Source: Methanothrix sp. (GTDB lineage: Archaea > Halobacteriota > Methanosarcinia > Methanotrichales > Methanotrichaceae). Taken from it: a DNA stretch of 64,000 nucleotides. Both the position numbers and the translations under genes were made by a program. The notes under the pieces are model-generated. The model was not told where the DNA came from, made no database searches, and saw only the letters and a program-made list of their open reading frames with translations. Below, one piece after another: positions 1 to 8,756 of this stretch. Location of the stretch: assembly GCA_963682135.1 (NCBI GenBank), contig OY821645.1, positions 704,001 to 768,000 on the forward strand, in the 5' to 3' direction. The stretch's first letter is position 1, and the number at the start of each line of letters is the position of its first letter.

Positions 1-1050
1 CCGCACGAAGATACTGCCATCGGTAGGTGTGATAATTCCGCTTACCATCTTGGAGAGAGTGGTCTTGCCGCCGCCGGAAACCCCAACCAGGCCGAAGATT
101 TCGCCCTCTTTTACTTCCAGGCTGACTCTATCCACGGCTTTCACCACGCCCCGGTCTATGCTGATATATCTCTTTGCCAGGCTGTTGGCCTTGATTATGG
201 GCTCGCCCATTTCCACATCTTCTCGCTTGCCGAGCGTTCCGGCCATGGCCAGGAACATAGCTGCGATATCCTTGGGCTTGCCTTCGGCCTTGATCTCTCC
301 GCCATCCAGCAAAATAGCTCTATCGGTCAGCTCGACCATGACATCTTCCCAGTGGCTGGTGATGATCAGGGTCATTTTGAAGTCACGGACGGCACGCTTG
401 ATGGATTCATGCACGACTTTGGCCGTTGACGGATCGAGTGTTCCCGTGGGCTCGTCCGCCAGCAAGACCATAGGCGACTTGGCGAGCTGGCGGGCCAGGA
501 CAACGCGCTGCTTTTCTCCACCGGACAGTTCTCTGGCCACATGCATCAGCCTGTGGGACAGATTTACCTCATCCAGAAGGTCGGCGGCGCGGTGAACGCT
601 CATGGAGTCACCTCTCTCCTCTACAGCGCGCATGACATTGGTTATCACGCGTTCATCGCCATAAAGAGCAAAGGTTCTCTGCAGCATAATGGCGATGCGG
701 TTTACGATATCACGCCGAAGAGGATCATTTATGTCCAAACTCACAAAATCAGCATCGATTGGTTTCAGGACTCCGCCGCATTTGCACTTTTCTCCGGCAC
801 GGCCAGGCAGCTCTACGTGACGGCATTTCTCACATCTGGCCACATGAAATATCACGCTTCCGCTCATGCCGGGAAATGACTCCACACCGCGCAAGACATG
901 CATCAGTACGCTCTTGCCGCAGCCGCTTCTGCCCAAGATTCCCACTGATTCGCCCTCACCTATAACCAGGTTTATATTGCGGAGAGCGACAACATCACCG
1001 AATCGAACTGTCAGATCCCGTATCTCGATAAAAGGTGCCAAATCTATCAT
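1..1050 (-). CDS. atwA: Methyl-coenzyme M reductase system component A2 (ABC-type ATPase), runs off window start
   Basis: Manual translation from ATG at 1050: MIDLAPFIEIRDLTVRFG...GRSGCGKS (Walker A), CEKC...CKCG Zn insert, LSGGEKQRVVLARQL signature, LLADEPTGTLD, second Walker A GVSGGGKT. Absent from the ORF track because it has no stop in the window. Confidence 0.92.
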   Translation of the reverse strand, partial: MIDLAPFIEIRDLTVRFGDVVALRNINLVIGEGESVGILGRSGCGKSVLMHVLRGVESFPGMSGSVIFHVARCEKCRHVELPGRAGEKCKCGGVLKPIDADFVSLDINDPLRRDIVNRIAIMLQRTFALYGDERVITNVMRAVEERGDSMSVHRAADLLDEVNLSHRLMHVARELSGGEKQRVVLARQLAKSPMVLLADEPTGTLDPSTAKVVHESIKRAVRDFKMTLIITSHWEDVMVELTDRAILLDGGEIKAEGKPKDIAAMFLAMAGTLGKREDVEMGEPIIKANSLAKRYISIDRGVVKAVDRVSLEVKEGEIFGLVGVSGGGKTTLSKMVSGIITPTDGSIFVR

Positions 1051-1269
1051 GCCCCATAATTCTCACTGCAATGTAAGGTTGATCCGCTAGCAATCCTGGC
1101 ATAATGCTACTTAAGTTTATCCGAAGCTTTGAATGCGTCTTGCCGATAACGATTGTTAAAGTCTTCTCATTAAAAAGATCAAAGCGGTCTAACTTTGGCA
1201 AGAATCTTCTTACTCAATATTTCGAATCAATTGTGGGATGATTGCAGATTCTATGGAAATGGCAGGCAT

Positions 1270-3771
1270 TTATTCTCCATTCCTGGACTTGGCCCGGAGG
1301 GCTTGCAGACGCTTGGCATCATTTTCTGAATCTGGATGTCCGATCTCCCTTTCATAGTCTACGCATATCTGCATCAGTTCAGCAGCCTGCTTGAGACCTC
1401 CTGATTTCTCATATGCGAGACCCAGATTCCAGCAAGTATTTGCTTCGCCCCTTCGGTCCCCGATCTCGTGGGCAATGACAAGACGCTGATCGTAGTACTC
1501 GATGGCCTTACGGGCGTCGCCCAGGTCGGCGTAGGCATTGCCCAGGTTGCCCAGATCAGCTCCCTCGCTCCTTCGGTCCCCGATCTCACGGGCTATAGTC
1601 AGGTGCTGCTCATAATACTCGATGGCCTTACGGGCGTCGCCCAGGTCGGCGTAGGCATTGCCCAGGTTGCCCAGCGCATTTCCTTCGCCCCTTCGGTCCC
1701 CGATATCACGGGCTATGGTCAGGTGCTGCTCGTGGTACTCGATGGCCTTGTGGGCGTCGCCCAGGTTCTTGTATGCGATGCCCAGGTTGCCCAGCGCATT
1801 TCCTTCGCCCCTTCGGTCCCCGATATCACGATCAATGGCCAGCGCCTGCTCGAGGTACTCGATGGCCTTACGGGCGTCGCCCAGGTCGGCATAGGCCAGG
1901 CCCAGGTTGCCCAGATCAGCTCCCTCGCCCCTTCGGTCCCCGATCTCGCGGGCTATGGTCAGATGCTGCTCGTAGTACTCGATGGCCTTACGGGCATCGC
2001 CCAGGTCGGCGTAGGCATTGCCCAGGTTGCCCAGCGCAGCTCCTTCGCCACTTCTGTCCCCGATCTCACGGGCTATGGTCAGGTGCTGCTCGTGGTACTC
2101 GATGGCCTTGTGGGCGTCGCCCAGGTTCTTGTATGCGATGCCCAGGTTGCCCAGCGCATTTCCTTCGCCCCTTCGGTCCCCGATCTCACGGGCTATGGTC
2201 AGATGCTGCTCGTGGTACTCGATGGCCTTGTGGGCGTCGCCCAGGGCGGCGTAGGCATTGCCCAGGTTGCCCAGCGCAGCTCCTTCGCCCTGCTTCGTCC
2301 CAATTTTGCGAAAAGCTTTCAGTGATTGCTTATGATAGTCGATGGCCTTGCGAACATTTCCAATGGCAGCGCTGGCAAGGCCCAACATAGTGAGAAAAGA
2401 TGCTTCGTCATAGCTTGCACCATCAGAATGTGCTGCCTCCAGTCCACACTCCAACATGGCAATTCTCTCCCCCGAATGCCCCTGTAGATCAAGATAATCT
2501 TTGATAGCCCACACAAGAGACCGAGCCTCTGCCAGCATCCCGATCCTAATGCAGACTGACTGAACTGCCAGGATGTGATCTCTCTGAGCATCTAAGTTTT
2601 CGTATCCTGGCAATCCCAGCTTCATCTGTTCTTGGCCGAATTTATCGTAATGCTGAGCCAGTCGAGCCAGTTCTTCCTTTGATACAGACAGCCTTTCCCT
2701 GGCATAAGTATGTGCCAGAGAATGGGTTATCTGATAGCTGGATTCAGGGCGCATTAACAATCCAAAATCGACCAGCTCGCCCAGGCTGAAGTTCGCCTTC
2801 AGAGCAGATAACTGCAGAGCTATGGCTATGACCTCAGGCTCGAAGGACTTCATGGCCAGAACTCCCGCCAGGCCGAGACAGGAGAGCGCCTGATCGCTTA
2901 CGTGCTCCAGACTGTGCTCCATCAGCAGTGGAATGCTCTGATGCTGCTTTTTTCCCATGTCCAGAGCCTCAAGCGGCGTCTCCTTCAGCCAGGCCAGATA
3001 GTCGCTGGCAATCTGTCGCCGGTGAGCCAGGTAGCGGCCTGCCAAGAATATGGCCAGGGGCAAACAGCCCAGGAGATTGCAGATGCTGCGAGATGTCTTT
3101 TCATCTGCAGCCATCGAGCCGCCCCAGGCCTGCAAAAGCTCGACAGCCTTATCCTCAGGCAGAGGCAGCAGATCGCTTGGCTCCTCAGGAGCATCGCTTC
3201 GGCGCCTGGTGGTGATGAGAACTCCGCAGCTTCCTGTGACTGTTAAAACTGCCTGCAGGTCATCGCAGGCCTCGGCTCCATCCAGGACTATCAGAGCCTG
3301 GCGGCCGGCCAGGGCTCTCTTTGCTGCTTCGTAAGGGCTTTGCCGCGGGTCTTCTCCATAAGCTCGGGCGATTTCTTCCAGAGCCGAAGCAGCCTGAGGC
3401 TTGTGATAGAAGGTATGAAAGACTATTCCATCTGGGAAGCGTTCCAGCGGGTTGCTTACGGGCGCAAGCTGCCAGATAGCTTCGGCAGCCAGAGCGGTCT
3501 TGCCCATACCTCCAGGGCCGCAGATGGTGACTGCGTGGCCAGCCTGAAGGTCCCGGTGGAGCGAAGCTAGCTCGGCCTCTCTTCCTGTGAAATGAGGGAC
3601 TCGCTGCGGCCTTTGGAAGGGCAGGCGAAGTTTTAGAGCTTCATTGTAGATGAAATCGCCCTGGATCTGGAACTGGCCGGAGAAGAGCGGGCCAGAGACG
3701 TCTCCTGCTACGTTGGTTTGTGGACCGTTGGTCGTCTGGCCACGTTGGTTGATTGCAGGCTTGTAGTTCAT
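1270..3771 (-). CDS. NLR-like STAND NTPase (NB-ARC) with TPR array; N-terminal amyloid-like motif A
   Basis: FTGRE, Walker A GPGGMGKT, Walker B LIVLDGAE, LITTRR, CLPLAI; seven 40-aa TPR repeats; GGAGG RBS before the ATG. Confidence 0.9.
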   Translation of the reverse strand: MNYKPAINQRGQTTNGPQTNVAGDVSGPLFSGQFQIQGDFIYNEALKLRLPFQRPQRVPHFTGREAELASLHRDLQAGHAVTICGPGGMGKTALAAEAIWQLAPVSNPLERFPDGIVFHTFYHKPQAASALEEIARAYGEDPRQSPYEAAKRALAGRQALIVLDGAEACDDLQAVLTVTGSCGVLITTRRRSDAPEEPSDLLPLPEDKAVELLQAWGGSMAADEKTSRSICNLLGCLPLAIFLAGRYLAHRRQIASDYLAWLKETPLEALDMGKKQHQSIPLLMEHSLEHVSDQALSCLGLAGVLAMKSFEPEVIAIALQLSALKANFSLGELVDFGLLMRPESSYQITHSLAHTYARERLSVSKEELARLAQHYDKFGQEQMKLGLPGYENLDAQRDHILAVQSVCIRIGMLAEARSLVWAIKDYLDLQGHSGERIAMLECGLEAAHSDGASYDEASFLTMLGLASAAIGNVRKAIDYHKQSLKAFRKIGTKQGEGAALGNLGNAYAALGDAHKAIEYHEQHLTIAREIGDRRGEGNALGNLGIAYKNLGDAHKAIEYHEQHLTIAREIGDRSGEGAALGNLGNAYADLGDARKAIEYYEQHLTIAREIGDRRGEGADLGNLGLAYADLGDARKAIEYLEQALAIDRDIGDRRGEGNALGNLGIAYKNLGDAHKAIEYHEQHLTIARDIGDRRGEGNALGNLGNAYADLGDARKAIEYYEQHLTIAREIGDRRSEGADLGNLGNAYADLGDARKAIEYYDQRLVIAHEIGDRRGEANTCWNLGLAYEKSGGLKQAAELMQICVDYEREIGHPDSENDAKRLQALRAKSRNGE
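1450..2289 (-). repeat. Intragenic tandem array, 7 x 120 bp (40-aa TPR units)
   Basis: Near-identical DNA recurs every 120 nt (gatggcctt..gggcgtcgcccagg); unit GEGxxLGNLGxAYxxLGDAxKAIEYxEQxLxIxREIGDRR. Confidence 0.95.
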
Positions 3772-3777
3772 GATGGG

Positions 3778-6300
3778 CTATCTCCTCCATTCGGCCAGTT
3801 TTTGCTCAACCCTGGCTGCAAAGGGACTTTCGATTTGCCTGTAAATTTCGAGGGCAATTTCTGCTTTCTTGATAGCTTCGGGGTGCTTGCCGAGTCCGTA
3901 GAGGGCCAGACTGGAATTGTACAGCGCATTTCCTTCGCCCCTTCTGTCCCCGATCTCACGATCGATGGCTAGCGCCTGCTCGTAGTACTCGATGGCCTTA
4001 CGGGCGTCGCCCAGGGCGGCGTAGGCCAGGCCCAGGTTGCCCAGCGCAGCTCCTTCATTCCTTTTATCCCCGATTTCCTTGGCAATGGCCAGCGCCCGAT
4101 CGTAGTACTCGATGGCCTTACGGGCGTCGCCCAGGTCGGCGTAGGCATTGCCCAGGTTGCTCAGCGCATTTCCTTCGCCCCTTCTGTCCCCGATATCACG
4201 ATCAATGGCCAGCGCCTGCTCGTAGTACTCGATGGCCTGGCAGGCGTCGCCCAGGGCGGCGTAGGCCAGGCCCAGGTTGCCCAGCCAAGCACCTTCATTC
4301 CTTTTATCCCCGATTTCCTTGGCAATGGCCAGCGCCTGCTCGTAGTATTCGATGGCCTTACGGGCGTCGCCCAGGTCGGCGTGTGCCAGGCCCAGGTTGC
4401 CCAGCGCATTTCCTTCGCCCCTTCTGTCCCCGATCTCTCGGGCTATGGTCAGGTGCTGCTCGTAGTACTCGATAGCCTTACGGGCGTCGCCCAGGTCAGC
4501 GTGTGCCAGGCCCAGGTTGCCCAGCGCATTTCCTTCGCCCCTTCTGTCCCCGATCTCTCGGGCTATGACAAGACGCTGCTCGTAGTACTCGATGGCCTTA
4601 CGGGCGTCGCCCAGGGCGGCGTAGGCCAGGCCCAGGTTGCCCAGCGCATTTCCTTCGCCCCTTCTGTCCCCGATCTCACGATCAATGGCCAGCGCCTGCT
4701 CGTGGTACTCGATGGCCTTACGGGCGTCGCCCAGGGCGGCGTAGGCCAGGCCCAGGTTGCCCAGCGCATTTCCTTCGCCCCTTCTGTCCCCGATCTCACG
4801 ATCAATGGCCAGCGCCTGCTCGTAGTACTCGATGGCCTTACGGGCGTCGCCCAAAACGTAGTGGGCACTGCCCAGGTTACCCAGCGCAGCTCCTTCCACG
4901 CCCCTATTCCTCAGCTTTCTAGCAGCTTTCAAGGCTTCTTCAAGCCAGGAAATCCTCTGCGTCGGATGGAGGCGCAAATCTATCACATAAACTCCTGCAC
5001 CAGGGTAGTTCATGCAAAGATTCGCTGCCTGGGAATTTACTTCCAGGCTCTTACAGGACCAGGCATGACCGACGTTGATATTCGCTTCTTCTCTGTCAAA
5101 GAGCGCAAGACCCTTTTGGATTCCTTCGCTTCCCTGCAGGTAGTGGTCATCGGCTGCAGCTAGCAGATCTTTGTAGTAAGAGGAATGCCTTGCAGCAATG
5201 ATCTCCCTCGATTCGTCCCGCTGACGGGCTGAGGCAAAGAGGCGAGAGAGGTCGTGCAGCCTGTAGCGCCCATAATCCCGATCTTGAGACCTGTAATCTA
5301 CGAGACTCCACCGCACCAGCTCACTCAAATTCCTGTGCTTATCATCCAGGCAGATCTGCTCCTCAGCCTGGGCATCGAAGTCCGCCGGAAAGACTGACAG
5401 ATCGAGAAAAGTCTTCTGCACAGCAGCAGCAAGCCTTTGAAAGCTTAGGCCTAAGCTGGCGTCAACGCTCATCTCCACGCCCTGCTCGCCGATCATCTCA
5501 AGCCTGGTGCGCTCGTCCTTCAGCTCCTGAGCATATTGCTTCGGGCCGATGTCCTCGGAATTGGCCAGATAGCTTCCGGCAGCTCTCAAGGCCAGCGGCA
5601 GAAAGCCGCAGAGGCTGGCAATTTCAAGCCAGGCAGGGTCATCTCTGGGTGACTTATCTTGCTTTGCAGGGCAGCAGACATTGAGCAGCAGCTCCAGAGC
5701 TTCACCTGGCTTCATGACGTCCAGGTCCTTTTTGAAGAGGCCGGGTATTTTGATGGTCCTGCGGGAGGTGATGAGAAGAGCGCAGCTCTTGGGAGGAATC
5801 AGCTTGATGACCTGCTTGTCATCGGACGCATTATCCAGAAGGAGCAGGACGCGCTTGCCATTAAGCACTTCAAGATATCTGTCTTTGACTTCTGAATCGC
5901 TTTCTGGAATCTTTTCGTTGCGATGATAAGAATGGATGACATAGGCCATTGCCTCCATGGGAGAGAGGGGATTGGTCGTGCCCATCATGTCCACCATGAT
6001 CTGGCCGTCTGGGTAGCGATCTTTGAGTGATTCGGCGAGCTTGAGAGCAAGAGCCGTCTTGCCAACGCCCCCTATGCCACGCAGGCCGATGATGTTCTTG
6101 CCGGCTGAATACTCCGCTAAAAGCTCATTCAGCTCTTCATTGCGGCCTGTGAAATCTGAAGGCGGTTCCGGGATGAAAGGAAGCCGGGAGAGATCATTAG
6201 GTTTTGGGATATTAATATTATAATAATTTCTATCTCCGAATTGCTGCTCTACATTCCCAGTGGGATTTACAACCGGCCCTTTAGCATCCCTGAAATCCAA
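3778..6300 (-). CDS. NLR-like STAND NTPase (NB-ARC) with TPR array; N-terminal amyloid-like motif B
   Basis: TTG start with AGGAGG RBS; FTGRNEEL, GIGGVGKT, LLLLDNA, LLITSRR, GFLPLAL, MHD-like RLHDL; eight TPR repeats. Confidence 0.9.
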   Translation of the reverse strand: MDFRDAKGPVVNPTGNVEQQFGDRNYYNINIPKPNDLSRLPFIPEPPSDFTGRNEELNELLAEYSAGKNIIGLRGIGGVGKTALALKLAESLKDRYPDGQIMVDMMGTTNPLSPMEAMAYVIHSYHRNEKIPESDSEVKDRYLEVLNGKRVLLLLDNASDDKQVIKLIPPKSCALLITSRRTIKIPGLFKKDLDVMKPGEALELLLNVCCPAKQDKSPRDDPAWLEIASLCGFLPLALRAAGSYLANSEDIGPKQYAQELKDERTRLEMIGEQGVEMSVDASLGLSFQRLAAAVQKTFLDLSVFPADFDAQAEEQICLDDKHRNLSELVRWSLVDYRSQDRDYGRYRLHDLSRLFASARQRDESREIIAARHSSYYKDLLAAADDHYLQGSEGIQKGLALFDREEANINVGHAWSCKSLEVNSQAANLCMNYPGAGVYVIDLRLHPTQRISWLEEALKAARKLRNRGVEGAALGNLGSAHYVLGDARKAIEYYEQALAIDREIGDRRGEGNALGNLGLAYAALGDARKAIEYHEQALAIDREIGDRRGEGNALGNLGLAYAALGDARKAIEYYEQRLVIAREIGDRRGEGNALGNLGLAHADLGDARKAIEYYEQHLTIAREIGDRRGEGNALGNLGLAHADLGDARKAIEYYEQALAIAKEIGDKRNEGAWLGNLGLAYAALGDACQAIEYYEQALAIDRDIGDRRGEGNALSNLGNAYADLGDARKAIEYYDRALAIAKEIGDKRNEGAALGNLGLAYAALGDARKAIEYYEQALAIDREIGDRRGEGNALYNSSLALYGLGKHPEAIKKAEIALEIYRQIESPFAARVEQKLAEWRR
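3940..4899 (-). repeat. Intragenic tandem array, 8 x 120 bp (40-aa TPR units)
   Basis: Same unit family as 1450-2289, with 120-nt periodicity visible in the DNA. Confidence 0.95.
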
Positions 6301-6343
6301 AATTTGACTCCTCCTGCTTGATCTTTTAATCCCTCATCGAGGT

Positions 6344-7477
6344 CTACTCATCCTCTGGAGCTATGAGCTCGATCTTTTCGGGATCTACTCCCTCCTTGAC
6401 CAGCAATTCTGGTTTGCTTTCTTCCGGTATCCCCTCAAGGAGCAGAACGACGATCCCTTGATCAAAAGCCTGCTTAATCGATAGCCCAAATCCTATGGCC
6501 CGGTAGAAAGAGCCAGCAAAGGCAATTGCAGCCTCATCTCCGATTGCATCGTTCATGCCAATGGCGCAATCGATCACCTGGGTAATGGCTTCAGCCTGAA
6601 TTTTAGAGTAGCACGCATTTAGGATTACTACTCGAATGTTAGCTTTCAGCGTCTGGAATAGCGCCTTTATCGCTCTGGGATTTACTGGCTTTTGCTCTCC
6701 CCGGCTATCCACTAAAATTATCTCGCCAGATTGGCTGCCGTGCCCACTGAAATGCACAATCTGCGGCTTATGCTGGTTGAGCAGTTGCAGCAAATCATCG
6801 GGACGAACTGCCCAGGCGGATATGAGGTCTATTGAATCACGGTACTCTGCAGCTCTGATCTTTTCTGTGATCTCTCGGATCTCTCTATCAAGCTCCAAAG
6901 GTGTGGTGCCTTTGGGATTTGAAGCCAGGAAGAGAGCCTTAATCTTTTTAGAATTTTTATTATCATCGGACGATTCTTTTGCCCTGGAATGATCGATATT
7001 CACATCTCCGAAATGCTGGCTGACTGAGCCGCTTGGCCTAATAACCGCGCCTTTCGAGCCTCGAAAGTCATTTGCGTCTCCATTGAATTGACCGGAAAAT
7101 ACAGCTCCCTGTACGCCTCCGGCAATATTGGTCTGCGGACCGTGAACTGTCTGGCCCCGCTGGTCGAATACCGATCCTGCGCCCTCTTTCTTGATTGTCT
7201 CGACAAGCCTCTGAATCTCCTCTGCAAAATCAGCATCATCTTCCATCTTTTCGGCTATGGCCGCCTGTAGGGCAGCCTGCCTTGCCTTTGAATCCGGCTT
7301 CTCCTGGGCGCCAGCCAAAGCCTGCTGGGCGCTGGCGTCGCCTTTGAACCTGTCTGCAACCGACCCGGAAAGATCACCTACCAGACCCCCCAGCTTCTCT
7401 CCAACGGTTTTTGAAAATACTTCTGCTCCCTTAGCCACAAAGGGAGCCGCAAGGGCCGCTATTCCGAGTAGATCCAT
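6344..7477 (-). CDS. Effector: BELL-like helical N-terminal domain + two amyloid-like motifs + CHAT (caspase-like) protease domain
   Basis: aa1-100 helical (AAPFVAKGAE...LQAAIAEKMEDDADFAEEIQRLV); aa104-161 G/Q/N/S-rich; CHAT motifs LFLASNP, IVHFSGHG (catalytic His), VVILNACYS (catalytic Cys), FYRAIG. Confidence 0.85.
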   Translation of the reverse strand: MDLLGIAALAAPFVAKGAEVFSKTVGEKLGGLVGDLSGSVADRFKGDASAQQALAGAQEKPDSKARQAALQAAIAEKMEDDADFAEEIQRLVETIKKEGAGSVFDQRGQTVHGPQTNIAGGVQGAVFSGQFNGDANDFRGSKGAVIRPSGSVSQHFGDVNIDHSRAKESSDDNKNSKKIKALFLASNPKGTTPLELDREIREITEKIRAAEYRDSIDLISAWAVRPDDLLQLLNQHKPQIVHFSGHGSQSGEIILVDSRGEQKPVNPRAIKALFQTLKANIRVVILNACYSKIQAEAITQVIDCAIGMNDAIGDEAAIAFAGSFYRAIGFGLSIKQAFDQGIVVLLLEGIPEESKPELLVKEGVDPEKIELIAPEDE

Positions 7478-7615
7478 GCACTCACATTCCCAAATCGAGG
7501 TCTAAGAGGCGTTGACATCTCATGAGATAAATCTTTCCGGATAAAATTTGATGAAAGCAGGCATAGATTATAAGATCAATAACATACATATCTTGCATCA
7601 TTGAAGGTATTACCT

Positions 7616-8125
7616 ATGGAAACCCTGCAAGCAATAAAGACCCGCCGTAGCATACGCAAGTTCTTGGATAAGCCGGTCACCCGAGAGATGGCAAGAGATC
7701 TCCTGGAGGCGGCCATGTTTGCGCCTTCCGCCGGAAACGAGCAGCCCTGGCAGTTCATAGTATTGGATGAACGCAAGTTTCTCGATAAGGTGCCAAATAT
7801 TTGTGCCACAGCTTCCATGTGCCGGCAGGCGCCTCTGGCGATCCTGGTTTGCGGCGACTCTTCACTGGAGAAGTACCCCAATTTCTGGGTGCAGGATTGC
7901 TCAGCCGCAACGGAAAATCTCTTGCTGGCCGCGCATGCCTGGGGTCTGGGCGGCGTCTGGGTGGGAATCTATCCCTTGAACGACCGCGTTGAGGCTTTTC
8001 GCAAGCTCCTGGGTCTGCCAGAAGAGATAACTCCATTTGCCCTGACGGCACTGGGATACCCGGATGAAGCACCTGCTGCGCCCAAGAGATACAGGGAAGA
8101 AAGGGTACATTTCAACGGATGGTAG
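7616..8125 (+). CDS. Nitroreductase family protein
   Basis: IKTRRSIRKF, APSAGNEQPWQFIV, QDCSAATENLLLAAHAWGLGGVW; ATG at 7616 preferred over TTG at 7601. Confidence 0.9.
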   Translation: METLQAIKTRRSIRKFLDKPVTREMARDLLEAAMFAPSAGNEQPWQFIVLDERKFLDKVPNICATASMCRQAPLAILVCGDSSLEKYPNFWVQDCSAATENLLLAAHAWGLGGVWVGIYPLNDRVEAFRKLLGLPEEITPFALTALGYPDEAPAAPKRYREERVHFNGW

Positions 8126-8144
8126 AAGAAGGATTGGGATCTTA

Positions 8145-8756
8145 TCAAGCGATGCCCCTCATCAATCTCTCTTCTTCTTCCAGCTTATGAAATGCTCTCT
8201 TTCTTCTGCGATAAGTTACAAAGGTGATTATGGCTGCAATTGCGATGGATCCGAAGAGGGCTGCCAGGGAGATCATGATTGATGCGAACAGGCCCTCAAC
8301 CATCCCTTTTCCTATAGCCAGTACCGCTTGGGGCCCGTCTCTGCCTGAATACGAGGCATTAACCTGATAAATGCCGGCCCGCTCGATGCTAAAGGCCATT
8401 ATGGATCGACCGCTGCGCCCTCCCAGGCTGTAGGAAAAGTCGCTTTTTGCCGGATAGGTGGCTAAGTCAATGCCTGTGGCTTTTTCCCGCACATGTACCT
8501 CCAGACCTGATATTGGCTCACCCGAACTGTAGAATCTGCCGCTAAAGTAACTGTTGTTCTCGTAGAAGACGACGTATTCGCCCGGCTCTGAGAAAAACAG
8601 GTCCGCTCCTCCCGGAGCTAGCATCTGCATCAGGCCGTTTTGCGTATCAGAAATGCCGGAGTAGATAGACCCGGCAAATGCCGCAAATCCTATGATTATT
8701 ATCAGCACTGCCAGGCCATAATACCAAATTCCCGGCTGAATATTATCGCTATTCAT
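8145..8756 (-). CDS. Hypothetical membrane protein (N- and C-terminal TM helices)
   Basis: Hydrophobic segments YYGLAVLIIIIGFAAFAG and LFASIMISLAALFGSIAIAAIITF; ATG at 8756 overlaps the photolyase stop. Confidence 0.7.
   Translation of the reverse strand: MNSDNIQPGIWYYGLAVLIIIIGFAAFAGSIYSGISDTQNGLMQMLAPGGADLFFSEPGEYVVFYENNSYFSGRFYSSGEPISGLEVHVREKATGIDLATYPAKSDFSYSLGGRSGRSIMAFSIERAGIYQVNASYSGRDGPQAVLAIGKGMVEGLFASIMISLAALFGSIAIAAIITFVTYRRRKRAFHKLEEEERLMRGIA

Noticed and set aside
29-1201. Plus-strand ORFs 29-595, 541-879 etc. and minus ORF 995-1201
   Set aside because: They overlap atwA on the minus strand, which has clear ABC motifs.
1450-4899. 120-bp periodic repeats as a CRISPR array or DGR template/variable repeats
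   Set aside because: No unique spacers, fully coding and in frame; no cas or reverse transcriptase gene in the window; variation looks block-wise rather than adenine-specific.
1374-5163. Long repetitive antisense/alternate-frame ORFs (e.g. 1468-2325, 1773-2390, 4381-5163)
   Set aside because: Shadows of the GC-rich TPR tandem arrays; no independent start signals or motifs.
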